The position numbers and the translations under genes are program-made. A stretch of DNA of 64,000 nucleotides from the human T2T-CHM13v2.0 reference genome, Homo sapiens, in NCBI RefSeq assembly GCF_009914755.1, contig NC_060925.1. One strand, written 5' to 3'. The number at the start of each line of letters is the position of its first letter. Positions within the stretch are counted from its first letter, which is position 1. Below, one piece after another: positions 1 through 13,100 of this stretch. The notes beneath the pieces are model-generated. The model had not been told where the DNA came from. It made no database searches and saw only the letters and a program-made list of their open reading frames with translations.

Positions 1-14
1 GACCTCTTTGAGGC

Positions 15-31
15 CTTCGTTGGAAACGGGA
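15..31 (+). promoter_or_regulatory. CENP-B box (first of ~188, one per dimer)
   Basis: CTTCGTTGGAAACGGGA matches the 17-bp CENP-B box with the core NTTCGNNNNANNCGGGN. It repeats every 339-341 bp; boxes after E dimers end in GGGT (e.g. 1716..1732), a non-core position. Confidence 0.97.
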
Positions 32-183
32 TTTCTTCATATTCTGCTAGACAGAAGAATTCTCAGTAACTTCCTTGTGTTGTGTGTATTCAACTCACAG
101 AGTTGAACGATCCTTTACACAGAGCAGACTTGAAACACTCTTTTTGTGGAATTTGCAAGTGGAGATTTCAGCCGCTTTGAGGT

Positions 184-200
184 CAATGGTAGAAAAGGAA
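184..200 (+). promoter_or_regulatory. pJalpha-type (A-box) site in the alternate monomer (first instance)
   Basis: CAATGGTAGAAAAGGAA lies 169 bp after the CENP-B box, at the homologous monomer position, and has the GAAAAGGAA core of A-type monomers. It varies by dimer type (B/G: GAATAGGAA; C: GAAAAGTAA). Confidence 0.75.
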
Positions 201-3200
201 ACTATCTTCATATAAAGACTAGACAGAATGATTCTCAGAAAATCTTTTGTGATGTGTGCGTTCAACTCACAGAGTTTAACTTTTCTTCTCATAGAGCAGT
301 TAGGAAACACTCTGTTTGTAAAGTCTGCAAGTGGATATTCAGACATCTTTGAGGCCTTCGTTGGAAACGGGATTTCTTCATATTCTGCTAGACAGAAGAA
401 TTCTCAGTAACTTCCTTGTGTTGTGTGTATTCAACTCACAGAGTTGAAGGATCCTTTACAGAGAGCAGGCTTGAAACACTCTTTTTGTCGAATTTGCAAG
501 TGGAGATTTCAGCCGCTTTGAGGTCAATGGTAGAATAGGAAATATCTTCTTATAGAAACTAGACAGAATGATTCTCATAAACTCCTTTGTGATGTGTGCG
601 TTCAACTCACAGAGTTTAACCTTTCTTTTCATAGAGCAGTTAGGAAACACTCTGTTTGTAAAGTCTGCAAGTGGATATTCAGACCTCCTTGAGGCCTTCG
701 TTGGAAACGGGATTTCTTCATATTCTGCTAGACAGAAGAATTCTCAGTAACTTCCTTGTGTTGTGTTTATTCAACTCACAGAGTTGAATGATCCTTTACA
801 CAGAGCAGACTTGAAACACTCTTTTTGTGGAATTTGCAAGTGGAGATTTCAGCCGCTTTGAGGTCAACGGTAGAAAAGTAAATATCTTCGTATAAAGACT
901 AGACAGAATGATTCTCAGAAACTCCTTTGTGATGTGTGCGTTCAACTCACAGAGTTTAACCTTTCTGTTCATAGAGCAGTTAGGAAACACTCTGTTTGTA
1001 AAGTCTGCAAGTGGATATTCAGACCTCTTTGAGGCCTTCGTTGGAAACGGGATTTCTTCATATTCTGCTAGACAGAAGAATTCTCAGTAACTTCCTTGTG
1101 TTGTGTGTATTCAACTCACAGAGTTGAACGATCCTTTACACAGAGCAGACTTGAAACACTCTTTTTGTGGAATTTGCAAGAGGAGATTTCAGCCGCTTTG
1201 AGGTCAATAGTAGAAAAGGAAATGTCTTCGTAGAAAAACTAGACAGAATGATTCTCAGAAACTCCTTTGTGATGTGTGTGTTCAACTCACAGAGTTTAAC
1301 CTTTCTTTTCATAGAGCAGTTAGTAAACACTCTGTTTATAAAGTCTGCAAGTGGATATTCAGACCCCTTTGAGGCCTTCGTTGGAAACGGGATTTCTTCA
1401 TATTATGCTAGACAGAAGAATTCTCAGTAACTTCCTTGTGTTGTGTGTATTCAACTGACAGAGTTGAACTTTCATTTGGAGAGAGCAGATTTGAAACACT
1501 GTTTTTGTGGAATTTGCAAGTGGAGATTTCAAGCGCTTTGGGGCCAAAGGCAGAAAAGGAAATATCTTCGTATAAAAACTAGACAGAATCATTCTCAGAA
1601 ACTGCTGCGTGATGTGTGCGTTCAACTCTCAGAGTTTAACCTTTCTTTTCATTCAGCGGTTTGGAAACACTCTGTTTGTAAAGTCTGCACGTGGATATTT
1701 TGACCACTTAGAGGCCTTCGTTGGAAACGGGTTTTTTTCATGTAAGGCTAGACAGAAGAATTCCCAGTAACTTCCTTGTGTTGTGTGCATTCAACTCACA
1801 GAGTTGAACGTTCCCTTAGACAGAGCAGATTTGAAACACTCTATTTGTGCAATTTGCAAGTGTAGATTTCAAGCGCTTTAAGGTCAACGGCAGAAAAGGA
1901 AATATCTTCGTTTCAAAACTAGACAGAATCATTCCCACAAACTGCGTTGTGATGTGTTCGTTCAACTCACAGAGTTTAACCTTTCTGTTCATAGAGCAGT
2001 TAGGAAACACTCTGTTTGTAAAGTCTGTAAGTGGATATTCTGATATCTTGTGGCCTTCGTTGGAAACGGGATTTCTTCATATTCTGCTAGACAGAAGAAT
2101 TCTCAGTAACTTCCTTGTGTTGTGTGTATTCAACTCACAGAGTTGAACGATCCTTTACACAGAGCAGACTTGAAACACTCTTTTTGTGGAATTTGCAAGT
2201 GGAGATTTCAGCCGCTTTGAGGTCAATGGTAGAAAAGGAAACTATCTTCATATAAAGACTAGACAGAATGATTCTCAGAAAATCTTTTGTGATGTGTGCG
2301 TTCAACTCACAGAGTTTAACTTTTCTTCTCATAGAGCAGTTAGGAAACACTCTGTTTGTAAAGTCTGCAAGTGGATATTCAGACCTGTTTGAGGCCTTCG
2401 TTGGAAACGGGATTTCTTCATATTATGCTAGACAGAATAATTCTCAGTAACTTCCTTGTGTTGTGTGTATTCAACTCACAGAGTTGAAGGATCCTTTACA
2501 GAGAGCAGGCTTGAAACACTCTTTTTGTCGAATTTGCAAGTGGAGATTTCAGCCGCTTTGAGGTCAATGGTAGAATAGGAAATATCTTCTTATAGAAACT
2601 AGACAAAATGATTCTCATGAACTCCTTTGTGATGTGTGCGTTCAACTCACAGAGTTTAACCTTTCTTTTCATAGAGCAGTTAGGAAACACTCTGTTTGTA
2701 AAGTCTGCAAGTGGATATTCAGACCTCCTTGAGGCCTTCGTTGGAAACGGGATTTCTTCATATTCTGCTAGACAGAAGAATTCTCAGTAACTTCCTTGTG
2801 TTGTGTGTATTCAACTCACAGAGTTGAACGATCCTTTACACAGAGCAGACTTGAAACACTCTTTTTGTGGAATTTGCAAGTGGAGATTTCAGCCGCTTTG
2901 AGGTCAATGGTAGAAAAGGAAACTATCTTCATATAAAGACTAGACAGAATGATTCTCAGAAAATCTTTTGTGATGTGTGCGTTCAACTCACAGAGTTTAA
3001 CTTTTCTTCTCATAGAGCAGTTAGGAAACACTCTGTTTGTAAAGTCTGCAAGTGGATATTCAGACCTGTTTGAGGCCTTCGTTGGAAACGGGATTTCTTC
3101 ATATTATGCTAGACAGAATAATTCTCAGTAACTTCCTTGTGTTGTGTGTATTCAACTCACAGAGTTGAAGGATCCTTTACAGAGAGCAGGCTTGAAACAC

Positions 3201-6200
3201 TCTTTTTGTCGAATTTGCAAGTGGAGATTTCAGCCGCTTTGAGGTCAATGGTAGAATAGGAAATATCTTCTTATAGAAACTAGACAAAATGATTCTCATG
3301 AACTCCTTTGTGATGTGTGCGTTCAACTCACAGAGTTTAACCTTTCTTTTCATAGAGCAGTTAGGAAACACTCTGTTTGTAAAGTCTGCAAGTGGATATT
3401 CAGACCTCCTTGAGGCCTTCGTTGGAAACGGGATTTCTTCATATTCTGCTAGACAGAAGAATTCTCAGTAACTTCCTTGTGTTGTGTGTATTCAACTCAC
3501 AGAGTTGAACGATCCTTTACACAGAGCAGACTTGAAACATTCTTTTTGTGGAATTTGCAAGTGGAGATTTCAGCCGCTTTGAGGTCAATGGTAGAATAGG
3601 AAATATCTTCCTATAGAAACTAGACAGAACGATTCTCAGAAACTCCTTTGTGATGTGTGCGTTCAACTCACAGAGTTTAACCTTTCTTTTCATAGAGCAG
3701 TTAGGAAACACTCTGTTTGTAAAGTCTGCAAGTGGATATTCAGACATCTTTGAGGCCTTCGTTGGAAACGGGATTTCTTCATATTCTGCTAGACAGAAGA
3801 ATTCTCAGTAACTTCCTTGTGTTGTGTGTATTCAACTCACAGAGTTGAAGGATCCTTTACAGAGAGCAGTCTTGAAACACTCTTTTTGTCGAATTTGCAA
3901 GTGGAGATTTCAGCCGCTTTGAGGTCAATGGTAGAATAGGAAATATCTTCTTATAGAAACTAGACAGAATGATTCTCATAAACTCCTTTGTGATGTGTGC
4001 GTTCAACTCACAGAGTTTAACCTTTCTTTTCATAGAGCAGTTAGGAAACACTCTGTTTGTAAAGTCTGCAAGTGGATATTCAGACCTCCTTGAGGCCTTC
4101 GTTGGAAACGGGATTTCTTCATATTCTGCTAGACAGAAGAATTCTCAGTAACTTCCTTGTGTTGTGTTTATTCAACTCACAGAGTTGAATGATCCTTTAC
4201 ACAGAGCAGACTTGAAACACTCTTTTTGTGGAATTTGCAAGTGGAGATTTCAGCCGCTTTGAGGTCAACGGTAGAAAAGTAAATATCTTCGTATAAAGAC
4301 TAGACAGAATGATTCTCAGAAACTCCTTTGTGATGTGTGCGTTCAACTCACAGAGTTTAACCTTACTGTTCATAGAGCAGTTAGGAAACACTCTGTTTGT
4401 AAAGTCTGCACGTGGAAATTTTGACCACTTAGAGGCCTTCGTTGGAAACGGGTTTTTTTCATGTAAGGCTAGACAGAAGAATTCCCAGTAACTTCCTTGT
4501 GTTGTGTGCATTCAACTCACAGAGTTGAACGTTCCCTTAGACAGAGCAGATTTGAAACACTCTATTTGTGCAATTTGCAAGTGTAGTTTTCAAGCTCTTT
4601 AAGGTCAATGGCAGAAAAGGAAATATCTTCGTTTCAAAACTAGACAGAATCATTCCCACAAACTGCGTTGTGATGTGTTCGTTCAACTCACAGAGTTTAA
4701 CCTTTCTGTTCATAGAGCAGTTAGGAAACACTCTGTTTGTAAAGTCTGTAAGTGGATATTCTGACATCTTGTGGCCTTCGTTGGAAACGGGATTTCTTCA
4801 TATTCTGCTACACAGAAGAATTCTCAGTAACTTCCTTGTGTTGTGTGTATTCAACTCACAGAGTTGAACGATCCTTTACACAGAGCAGACTTGAAACACT
4901 CTTTTTGTGGAATTTGCAAGTGGAGATTTCAGCCGCTTTGAGGTCAATGGTAGAAAAGGAAACTATCTTCATATAAAGACTAGACAGAATGATTCTCAGA
5001 AAATCTTTTGTGATGTGTGCGTTCAACTCACAGAGTTTAACTTTTCTTCTCATAGAGCAGTTAGGAAACACTCTGTTTGTAAAGTCTGCAAGTGGATATT
5101 CAGACATCTTTGAGGCCTTCGTTGGAAACGGGATTTCTTCATATTCTGCTAGACAGAAGAATTCTCAGTAACTTCCTTGTGTTGTGTGTATTCAACTCAC
5201 AGAGTTGAAGGATCCTTTACAGAGAGCAGGCTTGAAACACTCTTTTTGTCGAATTTGCAAGTGGAGATTTCAGCCGCTTTGAGGTCAATGGTAGAATAGG
5301 AAATATCTTCTTATAGAAACTAGACAGAATGATTCTCATAAACTCCTTTGTGATGTGTGCGTTCAACTCACAGAGTTTAACCTTTCTTTTCATAGAGCAG
5401 TTAGGAAACACTCTGTTTGTAAAGTCTGCAAGTGGATATTCAGACCTCCTTGAGGCCTTCGTTGGAAACGGGATTTCTTCATATTCTGCTAGACAGAAGA
5501 ATTCTCAGTAACTTCCTTGTGTTGTGTGTATTCAACTCACAGAGTTGAATGATCCTTTACACAGAGCAGACTTGAAACACTCTTTTTGTGGAATTTGCAA
5601 GTGGAGATTTCAGCCGCTTTGAGGTCAACGGTAGAAAAGTAAATATCTTCGTATAAAGACTAGACAGAATGATTCTCAGAAACTCCTTTGTGATGTGTGC
5701 GTTCAACTCACAGAGTTTAACCTTTCTGTTCATAGAGCAGTTAGGAAACACTCTGTTTGTAAAGTCTGCAAGTGGATATTCAGACCTCTTTGAGGCCTTC
5801 GTTGGAAACGGGATTTCTTCATATTCTGCTAGACAGAAGAATTCTCAGTAACTTCCTTGTGTTGTGTGTATTCAACTCACAGAGTTGAACGATCCTTTAC
5901 ACAGAGCAGACTTGAAACACTCTTTTTGTGGAATTTGCAAGTGGAGATTTCAGCCGCTTTGAGGTCAATAGTAGAAAAGGAAATATCTTCGTAGAAAAAC
6001 TAGACAGAATGATTCTCAGAAACTCCTTTGTGATGTGTGTGTTCAACTCACAGAGTTTAACCTTTCTTTTCATAGAGCAGTTAGTAAACCCTCTGTTTAT
6101 AAAGTCTGCAAGTGGATATTCAGACCCCTTTGAGGCCTTCGTTGGAAACGGGATTTCTTCATATTATGCTAGACAGAAGAATTCTCAGTAACTTCCTTGT

Positions 6201-7155
6201 GTTGTGTGTATTCAACTGACAGAGTTGAACTTTCATTTAGAGAGAGCAGATTTGAAACACTGTTTTTGTGGAATTTGCAAGTGGAGATTTCAAGCGCTTT
6301 GGGGCCAAAGGCAGAAAAGGAAATATCTTCGTATAAAAACTAGACAGAATCATTCTCAGAAACTGCTGCGTGATGTGTGCGTTCAACTCTCAGAGTTTAA
6401 CTTTTCTTTTCATTCAGCGGTTTGGAAACACTCTGTTTGTAAAGTCTGCACGTGGATATTTTGACCACTTAGAGGCCTTCGTTGGAAACGGGTTTTTTTC
6501 ATGTAAGGCTAGACAGAAGAATTCCCAGTAACTTCCTTGTGTTGTGTGCATTCAACTCACAGAGTTGAACGTTCCCTTAGACAGAGCAGATTTGAAACAC
6601 TCTATTTGTGCAATTTGTAGTGTAGATTTCAAGCGCTTTAAGGTCAATGGCAGAAAAGGAAATTTCTTCGTTTCAAAACTAGACAGAATCATTCCCACAA
6701 ACTGCGTTGTGATGTGTTCGTTCAACTCACAGAGTTTAACCTTTCTGTTCATAGAGCAGTTAGGAAACACTCTGTTTGTAAAGTCTGCAAGTGGATATTC
6801 AGACCTCCATGAGGCCTTCGTTGGAAACGGGATTTCTTCATATTCTGCTAGACAGAAGAATTCTCAGTAACTTCCTTGTGTTGTGTTTATTCAACTCACA
6901 GAGTTGAATGATCCTTTACACAGAGCAGACTTGAAACACTCTTTTTGTGGAATTTGCAAGTGGAGATTTCAGCCGCTTTGAGGTCAACGGTAGAAAAGTA
7001 AATATCTTCGTATAAAGACTAGACAGAATGATTCTCAGAAACTCCTTTGTGATGTGTGCGTTCAACTCACAGAGTTTAACCTTTCTGTTCATAGAGCAGT
7101 TAGGAAACACTCTGTTTGTAAAGTCTGCAAGTGGATATTCAGACCTCTTTGAGGC

Positions 7156-10100
7156 CTTCGTTGGAAACGGGATTTCTTCATATTCTGCTAGACAGAAGAA
7201 TTCTCAGTAACTTCCTTGTGTTGTGTGTATTCAACTCACAGAGTTGAACGATCCTTTACACAGAGCAGACTTGAAACACTCTTTTTGTGGAATTTGCAAG
7301 TGGAGATTTCAGCCGCTTTGAGGTCAATGGTAGAAAAGGAAACTATCTTCATATAAAGACTAGACAGAATGATTCTCAGAAAATCTTTTGTGATGTGTGC
7401 GTTCAACTCACAGAGTTTAACTTTTCTTCTCATAGAGCAGTTAGGAAACACTCTGTTTGTAAAGTCTGCAAGTGGATATTCAGACATCTTTGAGGCCTTC
7501 GTTGGAAACGGGATTTCTTCATATTCTGCTAGACAGAAGAATTCTCAGTAACTTCCTTGTGTTGTGTGTATTCAACTCACAGAGTTGAAGGATCCTTTAC
7601 AGAGAGCAGGCTTGAAACACTCTTTTTGTCGAATTTGCAAGTGGAGATTTCAGCCGCTTTGAGGTCAATGGTAGAATAGGAAATATCTTCTTATAGAAAC
7701 TAGACAGAATGATTCTCATAAACTCCTTTGTGATGTGTGCGTTCAACTCACAGAGTTTAACCTTTCTTTTCATAGAGCAGTTAGGAAACACTCTGTTTGT
7801 AAAGTCTGCAAGTGGATATTCAGACCTCCTTGAGGCCTTCGTTGGAAACGGGATTTCTTCATATTCTGCTAGACAGAAGAATTCTCAGTAACTTCCTTGT
7901 GTTGTGTTTATTCAACTCACAGAGTTGAATGATCCTTTACACAGAGCAGACTTGAAACACTCTTTTTGTGGAATTTGCAAGTGGAGATTTCAGCCGCTTT
8001 GAGGTCAACGGTAGAAAAGTAAATATCTTCGTATAAAGACTAGACAGAATGATTCTCAGAAACTCCTTTGTGATGTGTGCGTTCAACTCACAGAGTTTAA
8101 CCTTTCTGTTCATAGAGCAGTTAGGAAACACTCTGTTTGTAAAGTCTGCAAGTGGATATTCAGACCTCTTTGAGGCCTTCGTTGGAAACGGGATTTCTTC
8201 ATATTCTGCTAGACAGAAGAATTCTCAGTAACTTCCTTGTGTTGTGTGTATTCAACTCACAGAGTTGAACGATCCTTTACACAGAGCAGACTTGAAACAC
8301 TCTTTTTGTGGAATTTGCAAGAGGAGATTTCAGCCGCTTTGAGGTCAATAGTAGAAAAGGAAATGTCTTCGTAGAAAAACTAGACAGAATGATTCTCAGA
8401 AACTCCTTTGTGATGTGTGTGTTCAACTCACAGAGTTTAACCTTTCTTTTCATAGAGCAGTTAGTAAACACTCTGTTTATAAAGTCTGCAAGTGGATATT
8501 CAGACCCCTTTGAGGCCTTCGTTGGAAACGGGATTTCTTCATATTATGCTAGACAGAAGAATTCTCAGTAACTTCCTTGTGTTGTGTGTATTCAACTGAC
8601 AGAGTTGAACTTTCATTTGGAGAGAGCAGATTTGAAACACTGTTTTTGTGGAATTTGCAAGTGGAGATTTCAAGCGCTTTGGGGCCAAAGGCAGAAAAGG
8701 AAATATCTTCGTATAAAAACTAGACAGAATCATTCTCAGAAACTGCTGCGTGATGTGTGCGTTCAACTCTCAGAGTTTAACCTTTCTTTTCATTCAGCGG
8801 TTTGGAAACACTCTGTTTGTAAAGTCTGCACGTGGATATTTTGACCACTTAGAGGCCTTCGTTGGAAACGGGTTTTTTTCATGTAAGGCTAGACAGAAGA
8901 ATTCCCAGTAACTTCCTTGTGTTGTGTGCATTCAACTCACAGAGTTGAACGTTCCCTTAGACAGAGCAGATTTGAAACACTCTATTTGTGCAATTTGCAA
9001 GTGTAGATTTCAAGCGCTTTAAGGTCAACGGCAGAAAAGGAAATATCTTCGTTTCAAAACTAGACAGAATCATTCCCACAAACTGCGTTGTGATGTGTTC
9101 GTTCAACTCACAGAGTTTAACCTTTCTGTTCATAGAGCAGTTAGGAAACACTCTGTTTGTAAAGTCTGTAAGTGGATATTCTGATATCTTGTGGCCTTCG
9201 TTGGAAACGGGATTTCTTCATATTCTGCTAGACAGAAGAATTCTCAGTAACTTCCTTGTGTTGTGTGTATTCAACTCACAGAGTTGAACGATCCTTTACA
9301 CAGAGCAGACTTGAAACACTCTTTTTGTGGAATTTGCAAGTGGAGATTTCAGCCGCTTTGAGGTCAATGGTAGAAAAGGAAACTATCTTCATATAAAGAC
9401 TAGACAGAATGATTCTCAGAAAATCTTTTGTGATGTGTGCGTTCAACTCACAGAGTTTAACTTTTCTTCTCATAGAGCAGTTAGGAAACACTCTGTTTGT
9501 AAAGTCTGCAAGTGGATATTCAGACCTGTTTGAGGCCTTCGTTGGAAACGGGATTTCTTCATATTATGCTAGACAGAATAATTCTCAGTAACTTCCTTGT
9601 GTTGTGTGTATTCAACTCACAGAGTTGAAGGATCCTTTACAGAGAGCAGGCTTGAAACACTCTTTTTGTCGAATTTGCAAGTGGAGATTTCAGCCGCTTT
9701 GAGGTCAATGGTAGAATAGGAAATATCTTCTTATAGAAACTAGACAAAATGATTCTCATGAACTCCTTTGTGATGTGTGCGTTCAACTCACAGAGTTTAA
9801 CCTTTCTTTTCATAGAGCAGTTAGGAAACACTCTGTTTGTAAAGTCTGCAAGTGGATATTCAGACCTCCTTGAGGCCTTCGTTGGAAACGGGATTTCTTC
9901 ATATTCTGCTAGACAGAAGAATTCTCAGTAACTTCCTTGTGTTGTGTGTATTCAACTCACAGAGTTGAACGATCCTTTACACAGAGCAGACTTGAAACAC
10001 TCTTTTTGTGGAATTTGCAAGTGGAGATTTCAGCCGCTTTGAGGTCAATGGTAGAAAAGGAAACTATCTTCATATAAAGACTAGACAGAATGATTCTCAG

Positions 10101-13100
10101 AAAATCTTTTGTGATGTGTGCGTTCAACTCACAGAGTTTAACTTTTCTTCTCATAGAGCAGTTAGGAAACACTCTGTTTGTAAAGTCTGCAAGTGGATAT
10201 TCAGACCTGTTTGAGGCCTTCGTTGGAAACGGGATTTCTTCATATTATGCTAGACAGAATAATTCTCAGTAACTTCCTTGTGTTGTGTGTATTCAACTCA
10301 CAGAGTTGAAGGATCCTTTACAGAGAGCAGGCTTGAAACACTCTTTTTGTCGAATTTGCAAGTGGAGATTTCAGCCGCTTTGAGGTCAATGGTAGAATAG
10401 GAAATATCTTCTTATAGAAACTAGACAAAATGATTCTCATGAACTCCTTTGTGATGTGTGCGTTCAACTCACAGAGTTTAACCTTTCTTTTCATAGAGCA
10501 GTTAGGAAACACTCTGTTTGTAAAGTCTGCAAGTGGATATTCAGACCTCCTTGAGGCCTTCGTTGGAAACGGGATTTCTTCATATTCTGCTAGACAGAAG
10601 AATTCTCAGTAACTTCCTTGTGTTGTGTGTATTCAACTCACAGAGTTGAACGATCCTTTACACAGAGCAGACTTGAAACATTCTTTTTGTGGAATTTGCA
10701 AGTGGAGATTTCAGCCGCTTTGAGGTCAATGGTAGAATAGGAAATATCTTCCTATAGAAACTAGACAGAACGATTCTCAGAAACTCCTTTGTGATGTGTG
10801 CGTTCAACTCACAGAGTTTAACCTTTCTTTTCATAGAGCAGTTAGGAAACACTCTGTTTGTAAAGTCTGCAAGTGGATATTCAGACCTGTTTGAGGCCTT
10901 CGTTGGAAACGGGATTTCTTCATATTATGCTAGACAGAATAATTCTCAGTAACTTCCTTGTGTTGTGTGTATTCAACTCACAGAGTTGAACGATCCTTTA
11001 CAGAGAGCAGGCTTGAAACACTCTTTTTGTCGAATTTGCAAGTGGAGATTTCAGCCGCTTTGAGGTCAATGGTAGAATAGGAAATATCTTCTTATAGAAA
11101 CTAGACAAAATGATTCTCATGAACTCCTTTGTGATGTGTGCGTTCAACTCACAGAGTTTAACCTTTCTTTTCATAGAGCAGTTAGGAAACACTCTGTTTG
11201 TAAAGTCTGCAAGTGGATATTCAGACCTCCTTGAGGCCTTCGTTGGAAACGGGATTTCTTCATATTCTGCTAGACAGAAGAATTCTCAGTAACTTCCTTG
11301 TGTTGTGTGTATTCAACTCACAGAGTTGAACGATCCTTTACACAGAGCAGACTTGAAACACTCTTTTTGTGGAATTTGCAAGTGGAGATTTCAGCCGCTT
11401 TGAGGTCAATGGTAGAAAAGGAAACTATCTTCATATAAAGACTAGACAGAATGATTCTCAGAAAATCTTTTGTGATGTGTGCGTTCAACTCACAGAGTTT
11501 AACTTTTCTTCTCATAGAGCAGTTAGGAAACACTCTGTTTGTAAAGTCTGCAAGTGGATATTCAGACCTGTTTGAGGCCTTCGTTGGAAACGGGATTTCT
11601 TCATATTATGCTAGACAGAATAATTCTCAGTAACTTCCTTGTGTTGTGTGTATTCAACTCACAGAGTTGAAGGATCCTTTACAGAGAGCAGGCTTGAAAC
11701 ACTCTTTTTGTCGAATTTGCAAGTGGAGATTTCAGCCGCTTTGAGGTCAATGGTAGAATAGGAAATATCTTCTTATAGAAACTAGACAAAATGATTCTCA
11801 TGAACTCCTTTGTGATGTGTGCGTTCAACTCACAGAGTTTAACCTTTCTTTTCATAGAGCAGTTAGGAAACACTCTGTTTGTAAAGTCTGCAAGTGGATA
11901 TTCAGACCTCCTTGAGGCCTTCGTTGGAAACGGGATTTCTTCATATTCTGCTAGACAGAAGAATTCTCAGTAACTTCCTTGTGTTGTGTGTATTCAACTC
12001 ACAGAGTTGAACGATCCTTTACACAGAGCAGACTTGAAACATTCTTTTTGTGGAATTTGCAAGTGGAGATTTCAGCCGCTTTGAGGTCAATGGTAGAATA
12101 GGAAATATCTTCCTATAGAAACTAGACAGAACGATTCTCAGAAACTCCTTTGTGATGTGTGCGTTCAACTCACAGAGTTTAACCTTTCTTTTCATAGAGC
12201 AGTTAGGAAACACTCTGTTTGTAAAGTCTGCAAGTGGATATTCAGACATCTTTGAGGCCTTCGTTGGAAACGGGATTTCTTCATATTCTGCTAGACAGAA
12301 GAATTCTCAGTAACTTCCTTGTGTTGTGTGTATTCAACTCACAGAGTTGAAGGATCCTTTACAGAGAGCAGGCTTGAAACACTCTTTTTGTCGAATTTGC
12401 AAGTGGAGATTTCAGCCGCTTTGAGGTCAATGGTAGAATAGGAAATATCTTCTTATAGAAACTAGACAGAATGATTCTCATAAACTCCTTTGTGATGTGT
12501 GCGTTCAACTCACAGAGTTTAACCTTTCTTTTCATAGAGCAGTTAGGAAACACTCTGTTTGTAAAGTCTGCAAGTGGATATTCAGACCTCCTTGAGGCCT
12601 TCGTTGGAAACGGGATTTCTTCATATTCTGCTAGACAGAAGAATTCTCAGTAACTTCCTTGTGTTGTGTTTATTCAACTCACAGAGTTGAATGATCCTTT
12701 ACACAGAGCAGACTTGAAACACTCTTTTTGTGGAATTTGCAAGTGGAGATTTCAGCCGCTTTGAGGTCAACGGTAGAAAAGTAAATATCTTCGTATAAAG
12801 ACTAGACAGAATGATTCTCAGAAACTCCTTTGTGATGTGTGCGTTCAACTCACAGAGTTTAACCTTACTGTTCATAGAGCAGTTAGGAAACACTCTGTTT
12901 GTAAAGTCTGCACGTGGAAATTTTGACCACTTAGAGGCCTTCGTTGGAAACGGGTTTTTTTCATGTAAGGCTAGACAGAAGAATTCCCAGTAACTTCCTT
13001 GTGTTGTGTGCATTCAACTCACAGAGTTGAACGTTCCCTTAGACAGAGCAGATTTGAAACACTCTATTTGTGCAATTTGCAAGTGTAGTTTTCAAGCTCT

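Larger units (their letters stand above)
15..7155 (+). repeat. Super-unit X, copy 1 (21 dimers, 7141 bp)
   Basis: Dimer order A B C D E F A B A B G B C/E F A B C D E F C. The same ORF series recurs at +21763 (21858...) and +28905 (29000...). Confidence 0.88.

Noticed and set aside
146-352. CxxC pairs (CDVC...CKVC) resembling a zinc finger
   Set aside because: They are a by-product of TGTG-rich satellite sequence, and the frame is open only in some dimer variants.
1688-1693. E-box CACGTG and other short palindromes (AAGCGCTT, AGGCCT, GGATCC) as regulatory sites
   Set aside because: These are 6-8-bp matches created by dimer-specific variants, with no promoter context or other support. They are useful only as markers.
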